Of a DNA stretch of 64,000 nucleotides, positions 52,895-61,749 are shown piece by piece. Both the position numbers and the translations under genes were made by a program. The notes below the pieces were generated by a model, which searched no databases, was not told where the DNA came from, and worked only from the letters and a program-made list of their open reading frames with translations. The first letter of the stretch is position 1. The number at the start of each line of letters is the position of its first letter. This DNA comes from Gammaproteobacteria bacterium (GTDB taxonomy: Bacteria > Pseudomonadota > Gammaproteobacteria > SG8-11): NCBI GenBank assembly GCA_024641505.1, contig JAHECY010000005.1:11502-75501 (forward strand). The letters are read 5' to 3'.

Positions 52895-54021
52895 TGGAAT
52901 TTCGCTCTTACGCCTCTCCTGGCAACTCCCAGGCCAACACCAGCTTGCTGTACCGCTGGCATATCGATTTGCCCCTGCTGGCGGGCATCACCACGCTGGC
53001 CTGCGCCAGCCTGCTGATCCTCTACAGTTCCGGCGGCCAGGACCTGAACCTGATCTACCGCCAGATACTGCGATTCCTGATGGCGTTTGTGATTATGTTC
53101 GTAATGGCGCAAATCGCGCCCCATCACATTCAACGCTGGTCTCCTTGGCTATACGGCATCGGGCTGGCACTGTTGTTGGTGGTACTGTTGGCCGGAGAAA
53201 TCGGCAAGGGTGCGCAACGCTGGCTGGACCTCGGCCTGTTCCGGTTTCAACCCTCGGAAATGATGAAGGTGGCGGTACCCATGATGATAGCCTGGTATTT
53301 TACCGAGCAAGTCCTGCCACCACGCACCTCCCGCATCGCAGTAGCCACGTTGATGATCGTGGCCCCGGTATTCCTGATTTTCAAACAGCCGGATCTGGGC
53401 ACCGCAATCCTGGTGGGCAGCGCCGGTGTATTTGTGTTGCTGTTCGCTGGCCTTTATTGGCGCTGGGTGATCCTGGTGGGAATCTCCATCAGCGGCATGG
53501 CGCCAATCCTCTGGAACTATCTGCATGATTACCAGAAACAACGGGTGTTGACCTTTCTGAATCCGGAGAATGACCCTCTGGGCGCCGGGTATCATATTAT
53601 CCAGTCCAAAATCGCCATCGGTTCCGGTGGCATCTATGGCAAAGGCTGGCTCAACGGCACGCAGTCACAGCTGGATTTTCTGCCGGAACGTTCCACTGAC
53701 TTCATTTTCGCCGCGTTCGCGGAAGAGTTTGGGTTTATTGGCGTAGTGCTGCTCATGTCACTGTATTTATTCATCGTGCTGCGCGGCCTCTACATTGCCG
53801 CCATGGCCCAGGACACTTTCTCTCGCCTGCTCGCCGGCAGCCTGACAATGACCTTTTTTATTTACGTATTTGTCAACATCGGCATGGTCACCGGCTTGTT
53901 ACCCGTGGTGGGGTTGCCATTGCCGTTAATCAGTTTTGGCGGTACGTCTGTGGTAACCTTACTGGCGGGATTTGGTTTGCTGATGGGCATCCACACCCAC
54001 AGAAAACTGTTACCCGCCTGA
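52894..54021 (+). CDS. rodA: Peptidoglycan glycosyltransferase RodA
   Basis: GAQRWL, QPSEMMK, QPDLGT and PERSTDFIF. Confidence 0.98.
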   Translation: MEFRSYASPGNSQANTSLLYRWHIDLPLLAGITTLACASLLILYSSGGQDLNLIYRQILRFLMAFVIMFVMAQIAPHHIQRWSPWLYGIGLALLLVVLLAGEIGKGAQRWLDLGLFRFQPSEMMKVAVPMMIAWYFTEQVLPPRTSRIAVATLMIVAPVFLIFKQPDLGTAILVGSAGVFVLLFAGLYWRWVILVGISISGMAPILWNYLHDYQKQRVLTFLNPENDPLGAGYHIIQSKIAIGSGGIYGKGWLNGTQSQLDFLPERSTDFIFAAFAEEFGFIGVVLLMSLYLFIVLRGLYIAAMAQDTFSRLLAGSLTMTFFIYVFVNIGMVTGLLPVVGLPLPLISFGGTSVVTLLAGFGLLMGIHTHRKLLPA

Positions 54022-54066
54022 CCGGCCGCCATACGGGCCGGTGACGGCACGACTGACGGGGGGAAC

Positions 54067-55083
54067 ATGATGTCACAAAAACCAGCCGCCGTGATGATAG
54101 CGCTGCTCCTGGGAATATTGCTGGCCACCGAAACGCTGGCCGCGCCCAAGCGCGACACCAAAGGTATGCACCAGTTTATCAACGAGATGGTACGCGAACA
54201 TAAATTCAAGCGCGCGCGCCTTAAGAAATTGTTCAAGCAGGCGCAGTATCAAGACAGTATCATCGAAGCCATGACCCGGCCCGCCGAGGCCAAACCCTGG
54301 TACGTATACCGCGAAATTTTTCTAACCCCTGCTCGGCTTGCCGGGGGCAATGCGTTCTGGGAACAGAACCGGGAAACGCTGCTGCGCGCCGAGCAAACCT
54401 ATGGCGTACCGGCGGAAATCATTATCGCCATCCTGGGTGTCGAAACCCGCTATGGCGAGCAGCAAGGCGGCTACCGGGTATTGGATGCCTTGACCACTTT
54501 GGCCTTCTATTATCCGAAGCGCGCGACCTATTTTCGTAAGGAACTAAAGGAGTTTTTGCTGCTTACTCGCGAAGAAAAACTCAACCCCCTGGAGATAAAA
54601 GGCTCTTATGCCGGCGCCGTCGGTGAACCTCAGTTCATGCCCAGCAGCTATCGCCAGTACGCAGTGGATTTCGACAATGACGGTAAACGCAATCTCATGG
54701 AAAGTACCGCCGACACTATCGGCAGCGTTGCCAATTATTTCAAAAAACATAAATGGCAAACCGGCGCGAGCGTCATCACTCGGGCCTCGGTCAATGACGC
54801 GCAACTCAAACCACTGCTCGACCTCGGCCTCAAGCCCGCGACACCCGTGGCGAAACTGATGCAACAGGGAGTCGTACCCGCTGATCCCAACCTGGCACCC
54901 TCCACCCTGGGCGCTTTGATCGAGCTGGAGGACCAGGACGGCCCGGAACATTGGATCGGTCTGGATAACTTTTATGTGATAACGCGCTATAACCACAGCC
55001 CCTTATACGCGATGGCGGTATATCAGCTCAGCCAGCAAATTCTTGCCCAGCGCACTCCCGACGACCCCCAGGCAAATCGCTGA
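54067..55083 (+). CDS. mltB: Lytic murein transglycosylase B
   Basis: ILGVETRYG, GSYAGAVGEPQFMPSSY and YVITRYNHSPLYAMAV. Confidence 0.95.
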   Translation: MMSQKPAAVMIALLLGILLATETLAAPKRDTKGMHQFINEMVREHKFKRARLKKLFKQAQYQDSIIEAMTRPAEAKPWYVYREIFLTPARLAGGNAFWEQNRETLLRAEQTYGVPAEIIIAILGVETRYGEQQGGYRVLDALTTLAFYYPKRATYFRKELKEFLLLTREEKLNPLEIKGSYAGAVGEPQFMPSSYRQYAVDFDNDGKRNLMESTADTIGSVANYFKKHKWQTGASVITRASVNDAQLKPLLDLGLKPATPVAKLMQQGVVPADPNLAPSTLGALIELEDQDGPEHWIGLDNFYVITRYNHSPLYAMAVYQLSQQILAQRTPDDPQANR

Positions 55084-55094
55084 GCACGCTCGCC

Positions 55095-55922
55095 ATGCGC
55101 CACTTGCACCTGGGACTCTGCCTGTTACTCGCCACGGGCACCGGCTGCACCGGGTTATCGTCACACCCCGGATCACCGCAGGAACGAGCGCCAGCGGCGC
55201 AAGACCCGTCGGACACGGCGCCCGTGGGTCCGGTGAATCTGGCGTTGATCAAGGAGCCCACTCCGCGTCAGGAGGCACCGAGCCGATTTGGAAATCCGCA
55301 AACCTATGCCGTCAATGGGCGTCAGTACCAGGTCCTGGCGAGCGCCAAAGGCTACCGGGAAAAAGGCATAGCTTCTTGGTACGGCAGCAAATTTCATGGC
55401 CGACGCACCTCCAGTGGCGAAGACTACGACATGTATGCCTACAGCGCCGCGCACCGCAACCTGCCGTTACCCACCTATGTGCGCGTCACCAATTTGGTGA
55501 ATAACCGCAGTGTCATCGTCAAAGTAAACGATCGCGGCCCTTTTCATGACAATCGCATCATCGATCTGTCTTATGTCGCCGCCTTGAAACTCGACATGGT
55601 CGCCTCGGGTACCGCTTTGGTGGAAATCCAGACCCTTGATCCCCTATCCCCCGCCCCTGCCTCGGTAACGGTAAATCCCACCGGCACCGCAGCCGTGTTC
55701 ATCCAGGTGGGCGCTTTCACGGTCCCGGCCAATGCCCGTGCGCTGTCGACACGACTGCAACACCAGGGCATCGACCCTGTTCAAATACGTTCACCCACGA
55801 TCCCTGAGGACAGCTGGTATCGGGTCATCATCGGTCCCCTTGCTTCCGTGGCACAATCCGACGACCTGGTCAACCGTTTGAAAACATTGGGTATTTATGA
55901 CGTCAGGGTATTGGTGGATTAA
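55095..55922 (+). CDS. rlpA: Septal ring lytic transglycosylase RlpA (DPBB plus SPOR)
   Basis: GIASWYG, AAHRNLPLP, NDRGPF, IIDLSY and SPOR QVGAF. Confidence 0.96.
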   Translation: MRHLHLGLCLLLATGTGCTGLSSHPGSPQERAPAAQDPSDTAPVGPVNLALIKEPTPRQEAPSRFGNPQTYAVNGRQYQVLASAKGYREKGIASWYGSKFHGRRTSSGEDYDMYAYSAAHRNLPLPTYVRVTNLVNNRSVIVKVNDRGPFHDNRIIDLSYVAALKLDMVASGTALVEIQTLDPLSPAPASVTVNPTGTAAVFIQVGAFTVPANARALSTRLQHQGIDPVQIRSPTIPEDSWYRVIIGPLASVAQSDDLVNRLKTLGIYDVRVLVD

Positions 55923-56038
55923 CCCGGGGAAGTCGTTGTCAGAAATGACATGCCAGCCGGTAGGACCCGGCGGTCATGAATGCTAAACTCAACCATTAAT
56001 TGTTAAACCTAATTACCCTTATACGAGACCTGTAAATA

Positions 56039-57187
56039 ATGACACTTTTTCGGCATACATGGATGTTTATGGCCTTGCTGTTGACGCAGCAGACCCCCGC
56101 CGACCCATTGTTGGCTCCCACTCCCCCGGCGATCGACGCCAAGGGCTATATCCTTCTGGATTTCCATAGCCTGCGCGCCATTGCCAAAAGCAACGCGGAC
56201 CAGCGCATGGAACCGGCCAGTCTGACCAAGATGCTGAGCGCTTATGTCGTTGCCCATGAACTCGATGCCGGCCACATCCACGGGGATGATGAAGTCCTGA
56301 TCAGCGAAAAGGCCTGGCGCATGCCGGGGTCGCGCATGTTCATCCGGGCCGGAAGCAAGGTAACCGTCGATAACCTTCTCAGAGGCGTTATCATCCAGTC
56401 GGGCAACGATGCGGCGGTGGCCCTGGCGGAACATGTGAGCGGTACCGAGCAAGCCTTTGTCGTGTTGATGAATGAGCATGCCCAGCGCCTTGGCCTCATC
56501 AGCTCGCATTTCATGAATAGCACCGGCTTGCCCGACCCGGATCACTTCACCACGCCCCGGGATATGGCGACGCTGGCCAAAGCCATTATTCAGGATCATC
56601 CCGCCAGTTACAGCCTGTACGCCACCAAGGAATTCCAGTTCAACAATATCGTGCAACGTAACCGCAATGACCTGTTATGGCTGGATGACGACGTGGATGG
56701 TTTGAAAACCGGCCACACGGACAGCGCCGGCTACTGCCTGGTGGCATCCGCCCGCAAGAACAATATGCGCTTGATCGCCGTGGTGCTCGGCACCCGCAGT
56801 GAAGACGCCCGCGCCCAGGAAACCATAAAACTACTGGACTATGGATTCCGATTTTTCGAAACCCGGCGCTTGTATGAAGCCAATGAACCCATAACCGAAG
56901 TCACCATCTGGAAAGGCGCAAAAAAGAATCTAAGCCTGGGTTTGCGCGAGGATCTTTATGTCACCATTCCCCGTGGCCAATTTGACAACCTGGAAACCCG
57001 GCTGGACACCGAAACACGTATCATGGCGCCTGCCGTCAACGGCCAACAACTGGGCACCATGACCGTCAAACTCGGGGAGCAAGCTTTCGCCGAACGCAAT
57101 CTGGTGGCGCTGGAAGCCGTGCAATCCGGCACTCTGCTGGACGGCTTGATCGACGAAGTCAAACTGATGTTCCACAAAACCCCATGA
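56039..57187 (+). CDS. dacA: D-alanyl-D-alanine carboxypeptidase (PBP5/6 family)
   Basis: PASLTKM (SxxK), SGNDA (SxN) and KTGHT. Confidence 0.93.
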   Translation: MTLFRHTWMFMALLLTQQTPADPLLAPTPPAIDAKGYILLDFHSLRAIAKSNADQRMEPASLTKMLSAYVVAHELDAGHIHGDDEVLISEKAWRMPGSRMFIRAGSKVTVDNLLRGVIIQSGNDAAVALAEHVSGTEQAFVVLMNEHAQRLGLISSHFMNSTGLPDPDHFTTPRDMATLAKAIIQDHPASYSLYATKEFQFNNIVQRNRNDLLWLDDDVDGLKTGHTDSAGYCLVASARKNNMRLIAVVLGTRSEDARAQETIKLLDYGFRFFETRRLYEANEPITEVTIWKGAKKNLSLGLREDLYVTIPRGQFDNLETRLDTETRIMAPAVNGQQLGTMTVKLGEQAFAERNLVALEAVQSGTLLDGLIDEVKLMFHKTP

Positions 57188-58041
57188 GCATCGTTTATCT
57201 GAACGGGAAGTTCCTGCCCGCTGACCAGGCATTGGTACCCGTACTCGACCGCGGCTTCATCTTCGGCGACGGAGTATACGAAGTCATACCCGTGTATCAC
57301 GGGCGACTGTTTCGCCTGGAAGAACATCTGCGGCGTTTGCAAGACAGCATGGACGGCATCCGGTTGCACAACCCCCACACCGTGGCCGAATGGTCAGCGC
57401 TGCTGACGGAACTGGTGCAACGCAACGGCGGCGGTGATCTTTCCTTGTACCTGCACATTACCCGGGGGGTCGCGGAACGTGACCACGCCATGCCGCCTGG
57501 CATCGCGCCTACCGTCTATGCCATGTGCAACACGCTGAAAGCGCCGCCCGCACAACAACTGCAAGCGGGTATCGCCGCGATTACCGTCCCGGACATTCGC
57601 TGGCAATACTGTCACATCAAAGCCATTGCCCTGCTGCCCAATATTTTATTGCGCCAGCAGGCTGTTGACCGCGGCGCCATGGAAGCGATTCTGATTCGGG
57701 ATGGTGAGATGACGGAAGGCGCGGCAAGCAACATCTTTGTGGTACATAACGATGTCATCGCCACGCCGCCCAAGGGCCAACACCTGTTACCGGGCATCAC
57801 GCGCGACCTGATCGTGGAACTGGCGCAGACCCACGGCCTGGTGTGTGAACAACGTCGCATTCGGGAAGCCGAACTGGCCACCGCCGACGAGTTGTGGCTG
57901 ACCAGTTCCACCAAGGAAATCCTGCCGATTACCCGCCTCAATGACGCGCCGGTGGGCACCGGTAACCCAGGCAAGCAATGGCGCCGCATCTATGAAATCT
58001 ATCAGCAATTCAAGCGTGATCTTGCGGATACCCCGTCATGA
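57184..58041 (+). CDS. dat: D-amino-acid aminotransferase (PLP class IV)
   Basis: DRGFIFGDGVYEVI, IKAIALLPNIL, EGAASN and LPGITR; directly after dac. Confidence 0.8.
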   Translation: MSIVYLNGKFLPADQALVPVLDRGFIFGDGVYEVIPVYHGRLFRLEEHLRRLQDSMDGIRLHNPHTVAEWSALLTELVQRNGGGDLSLYLHITRGVAERDHAMPPGIAPTVYAMCNTLKAPPAQQLQAGIAAITVPDIRWQYCHIKAIALLPNILLRQQAVDRGAMEAILIRDGEMTEGAASNIFVVHNDVIATPPKGQHLLPGITRDLIVELAQTHGLVCEQRRIREAELATADELWLTSSTKEILPITRLNDAPVGTGNPGKQWRRIYEIYQQFKRDLADTPS

Positions 58042-58310
58042 CCGGCGAAGATAACGACTCACTGCTGGAATTTCCCTGCCAGTTTCCGATCAAGATCATG
58101 GGCCGCAATGCCGGCGACTTTCAAGACCGGGTGGTCGCCATGGTACGCCACCATGCGCCGGACTTATCCGCGGACGCGGTTCAAGTCAGGGCCAGCGGCC
58201 AAGGCAACTATCTGGCGGTCACCGTCACCATTGAAGCCCAAAGCCGGGCTCAGCTCGACGCCATATATCGTGAATTGACCGCCTGCGAAGACATCCTCAT
58301 GGCCCTGTGA
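58038..58310 (+). CDS. ybeD: YbeD/DUF493 family protein
   Basis: [20 protein letters not shown] and QLDAIY. Confidence 0.92.
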   Translation: MTGEDNDSLLEFPCQFPIKIMGRNAGDFQDRVVAMVRHHAPDLSADAVQVRASGQGNYLAVTVTIEAQSRAQLDAIYRELTACEDILMAL

Positions 58311-58311
58311 T

Positions 58312-58968
58312 GTGGAATCCGCTGTGATGATCATACGCAATCTGGGCCTGCAGCCCTATGTCGAAACCTGGACCGCGATGCGCCGGTTTACCGATACCCG
58401 CCAAGGCGAAACTCCGGACGAGGTGTGGCTGCTGGAGCACCCGCCGGTCTTTACCCAGGGACTTAACGGCAAAGGTCACCACATTCTGGACCCGGGTCCG
58501 ATTCCCGTGATCCAGGTTGACCGCGGCGGTCAGGTGACCTATCACGGCCCCGGTCAACTGGTGGGGTACATCCTCATGGATATGCAACGCCGGCAATGGG
58601 GTGTGCGACGACTGGTCAGCACCATAGAACAAACGCTGGTGCAATTATTGGCGACTTACGGCATTAGCGCCCAAGCCCGCGCCGAGGCGCCCGGTGTCTA
58701 TGTGGGCTCGGCGAAAATTGCCGCCCTGGGGTTGCGCGTGCGGCGCGGTGGCAGTTATCACGGTTTCAGTCTCAATGTCGACATGGACCTGACAGCGTTT
58801 TCCCGCATCAATCCCTGCGGTTATCCGGGGATGGCGGTAACCCAACTGGCGGCCTGGCAACCGGGCATTACCGTGGCACAGGTAATCCAGGACCTGACAC
58901 CGCTGCTGAGCCGGCGTCTGGTCGACGATGACGACATATTACAGCAACAACTTTCTTCAGGCGCATGA
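58312..58968 (+). CDS. lipB: Lipoyl(octanoyl) transferase LipB
   Basis: [36 protein letters not shown] and INPCG; start may be ATG 58327. Confidence 0.97.
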   Translation: MESAVMIIRNLGLQPYVETWTAMRRFTDTRQGETPDEVWLLEHPPVFTQGLNGKGHHILDPGPIPVIQVDRGGQVTYHGPGQLVGYILMDMQRRQWGVRRLVSTIEQTLVQLLATYGISAQARAEAPGVYVGSAKIAALGLRVRRGGSYHGFSLNVDMDLTAFSRINPCGYPGMAVTQLAAWQPGITVAQVIQDLTPLLSRRLVDDDDILQQQLSSGA

Positions 58969-58971
58969 CCC

Positions 58972-59916
58972 ATGAGCACATCCGACAAAAAGGCCCAACG
59001 GGGCCAGGACAAAGTGGCACGGATTCCGGTAAAAGTGGAACCCACACAAGTACCGCTGCGCAAACCCAAATGGATAAGGGCCAAAGCCGCTAACAGCCAG
59101 CAAGTAGCGCGACTAAAATCCGTGCTGCGTGAACACCATCTGCACACGGTGTGCGAGGAAGCCTCCTGCCCTAATCTGGGAGAATGCTTCAGTCATGGCA
59201 CCGCCACCTTCATGATCATGGGCCATATTTGCACCCGGCGTTGTCCGTTCTGCGACGTGGCCCATGGCAAACCCGATCCTCTGGACCCGGAGGAACCACG
59301 CAACCTCGGGCGCACCATCGCCGCCATGGCGCTGCACTACGTGGTCATTACCTCCGTGGATCGGGACGATTTGCGCGACGGCGGCGCCGAGCATTTCGCC
59401 GCCTGTATTCGCGAAGTGCGTAGTCAGGTGCCGGGTATCAACATCGAAATCCTGGTGCCGGATTTCCGCGGCCGGGTCGAGCGGGCGCTGGAAATGCTGG
59501 CCATGGCACCGCCCGATGTTTTTAATCACAACCTGGAAACCGTGCCCCGCCTTTACAAACAAGCGCGGCCCGGTGCCGATTACCAGGGCTCCTTGCAACT
59601 GTTGCAAGCGTTCAAATCGCAACACCCGGCACTGCCCACGAAATCGGGCTTGATGGTGGGGATCGGCGAGACGCGCGAGGAGATTCTGCAGGTGATGGCG
59701 GACTTGCGCGCCCATGGCTGCGATATGCTGACCATTGGTCAATACCTGCAGCCCAGCAAATTTCATTTGCCGGTAGTACGCTACCTGGAGCCCGCGGAGT
59801 TTGAGGCCTTCGCCGCCGACGCCAAAGCCATGGGCTTTGACAAGGTCGCCAGCGGACCCATGGTGCGTTCCTCGTATCACGCGGATTTGCAGGCGGCGGG
59901 CGCCAGCGTCAGTTGA
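58972..59916 (+). CDS. lipA: Lipoyl synthase
   Basis: [20 protein letters not shown] and RSSYHA. Confidence 0.99.
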   Translation: MSTSDKKAQRGQDKVARIPVKVEPTQVPLRKPKWIRAKAANSQQVARLKSVLREHHLHTVCEEASCPNLGECFSHGTATFMIMGHICTRRCPFCDVAHGKPDPLDPEEPRNLGRTIAAMALHYVVITSVDRDDLRDGGAEHFAACIREVRSQVPGINIEILVPDFRGRVERALEMLAMAPPDVFNHNLETVPRLYKQARPGADYQGSLQLLQAFKSQHPALPTKSGLMVGIGETREEILQVMADLRAHGCDMLTIGQYLQPSKFHLPVVRYLEPAEFEAFAADAKAMGFDKVASGPMVRSSYHADLQAAGASVS

Positions 59917-60014
59917 ATCATTGCCAAGGGAAAGCATGGTATGACTGGCGCGGCGCAGACGCGGTCGAAGTTAAAGCCGGTCATTGATTAGAGATATACT
60001 GTACAGGTATCGTA

Positions 60015-60290
60015 TTGACCAAGATAATACCAAGATTGTTATTCTTGATAAAAATAGTTCTGATCCTGGTCGGCGCACTGATGTTGGTAGGCGGTGGCGT
60101 CTGTGTGGCCTCCAATGCCGTGTTCACTTTCTCGAGTCTGCGCGACAATGGTGAATATTCAATTTATTTGGCACTCATGGGAATATCTGCCGTAATATCA
60201 GTCATCGGCTGGTGGTTGACCAAGGTTTCGCGCCGGATTGACACTACAGCGACTGCCGCCGTACAACAACAAGCAAGACACGATGAGTGA
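60015..60290 (+). CDS. Small two-TM membrane protein with LMLVGGGVC motif (Cys30)
   Basis: TTG start, basic N-region, TM1 ending in GGGVC, second TM; stop overlaps the next GTG start. Confidence 0.65.
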   Translation: MTKIIPRLLFLIKIVLILVGALMLVGGGVCVASNAVFTFSSLRDNGEYSIYLALMGISAVISVIGWWLTKVSRRIDTTATAAVQQQARHDE

Positions 60291-60982
60291 GAAGGGGACG
60301 TATGCGGGATCAACTGCAGTGGTTAGCTCTGGTGGCCGGTTTTTGCGCGCTGGTTGCCGGTTCACTCGGCTGTGCCACCATGCTGGTTTCAGATGCCACC
60401 GATACCCACGACTACACCCCGACGCCGGTTCTGACTGACGAGATAATTGCCATTGGCCAGCCCGACGCATCACTTTCGAAGAAACTCGGCCAACCCGACG
60501 TCATCGCCTTTATCGGCAAGAAGAACACCTATATGCTTTACCAGGGCGGCAAGGAATTAGCGGCAATCGCCGGGCTGCAGCTCGACGGCAGGCACATGAA
60601 TATCGACGCGGACTCCAGCCGGAATCTCTTTATCAAGGACCAGAAGGTATGGGGTCAATTGGTGCTGCAATACGGGGAAGACATGGAAGTTTCCACCGAC
60701 GAACGAGCCAAGCTGAAGGATGCCGGCTTCACGCAAATTGACCAAACCGAAGTTTACAGCAGGACGGTTGATATCGAAGGCGTCGTTTACCCCGCCATTT
60801 CGCTGACCGATGCCCAAATGGAAAAATTGACAACTCAACGTAAAATCAGTCTCTATGACCCCAACGACAACAGCCCGCCGCTTAACCTGAGTAAACTTCT
60901 GCTGATACCGGCCATTGCCGTGGATATTGTCCTGACACCGGTTTATCTTTTTGCCGGTTTGGTTATTCTTGTCTCCAATTAA
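60287..60982 (+). CDS. YidX-like lipoprotein
   Basis: Signal ending GSLGC; DEIIAIGQP...IAFIGKKNTYML; C-terminal hydrophobic LLIPAIAVDIVLTPVYL recalls E. coli YidX; start may be ATG 60302. Confidence 0.6.
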   Translation: MRRGRMRDQLQWLALVAGFCALVAGSLGCATMLVSDATDTHDYTPTPVLTDEIIAIGQPDASLSKKLGQPDVIAFIGKKNTYMLYQGGKELAAIAGLQLDGRHMNIDADSSRNLFIKDQKVWGQLVLQYGEDMEVSTDERAKLKDAGFTQIDQTEVYSRTVDIEGVVYPAISLTDAQMEKLTTQRKISLYDPNDNSPPLNLSKLLLIPAIAVDIVLTPVYLFAGLVILVSN

Positions 60983-60996
60983 TCGCCGCCCAAATC

Positions 60997-61749
60997 ATGT
61001 TTCCTCTCACCCTGCACCCCCACCTGATGCATGCGTTGTTTGAAATAGCCGCGGTGTCAAGCGGGGCATACTATTATCGCTACATCATGCGCCGCAACGG
61101 TATATCAACACAGGCACTGCTCAACGGCGGTCGGTTTGCCGTGGTGATTGGATGTATCTTCGGCGCGGCTATCGGCAACAAGGCGATGTTCTGGCTCGAG
61201 ATGCCGCAGCTGTTCCCACAGTTCTGGAACCAACCCGAGGTGTGGCTTGCCGGGCAGTCCATGGTAGGGGGCCTGCTGGGTGGTCTGATAGGAGTGGAGC
61301 TGGCAAAGAAATTTTCGGGGGTGACAAGCTCGACCGGGGACGCATTCGTGTTTCCCATATTGCTTGGACTGATCATCGGCCGTTTCGGCTGCTTCGTCGC
61401 TGGCCTGGATGATGGCACCTATGGCTTGCCAACCACCTTACCCTGGGGCGTCGATTTTGGTGACGGCATTGCGCGGCATCCCACCCAATTGTATGAAATC
61501 GTATTTGCCGGCGCACTCTGGCTGGGATTGCATTACACTCAACGGCATTTTTTGCTGCGGCAGGGTCTGTTATTTAAGCTCATGCTCGGCAGCTACTTAT
61601 TCTGGCGCCTGTTGGTGGATGCGCTCAAACCCAATCCTTTCGATTATGGTCTCGGCTTATCGGGCATCCAGATCATCTGTATTGTCGCGTTGTTCATCTA
61701 CCTGCCATACGCCTATTTCCAAATACAAAGACGCAGTATCGAAGCATGA
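60997..61749 (+). CDS. Prolipoprotein diacylglyceryl transferase (Lgt) paralogue
   Basis: GQSMVGGLLGG, GRFGCF, PWGVDFGDGIARHPTQLYE and WRLLVDALK; multiple TM helices. Confidence 0.85.
   Translation: MFPLTLHPHLMHALFEIAAVSSGAYYYRYIMRRNGISTQALLNGGRFAVVIGCIFGAAIGNKAMFWLEMPQLFPQFWNQPEVWLAGQSMVGGLLGGLIGVELAKKFSGVTSSTGDAFVFPILLGLIIGRFGCFVAGLDDGTYGLPTTLPWGVDFGDGIARHPTQLYEIVFAGALWLGLHYTQRHFLLRQGLLFKLMLGSYLFWRLLVDALKPNPFDYGLGLSGIQIICIVALFIYLPYAYFQIQRRSIEA

Noticed and set aside
59997-60014. LexA box before the 60015 cassette (TACTGTACAGGTATCGTA)
   Set aside because: It lacks CTGT-N8-ACAG spacing; only a short CTGTACAG palindrome is present.
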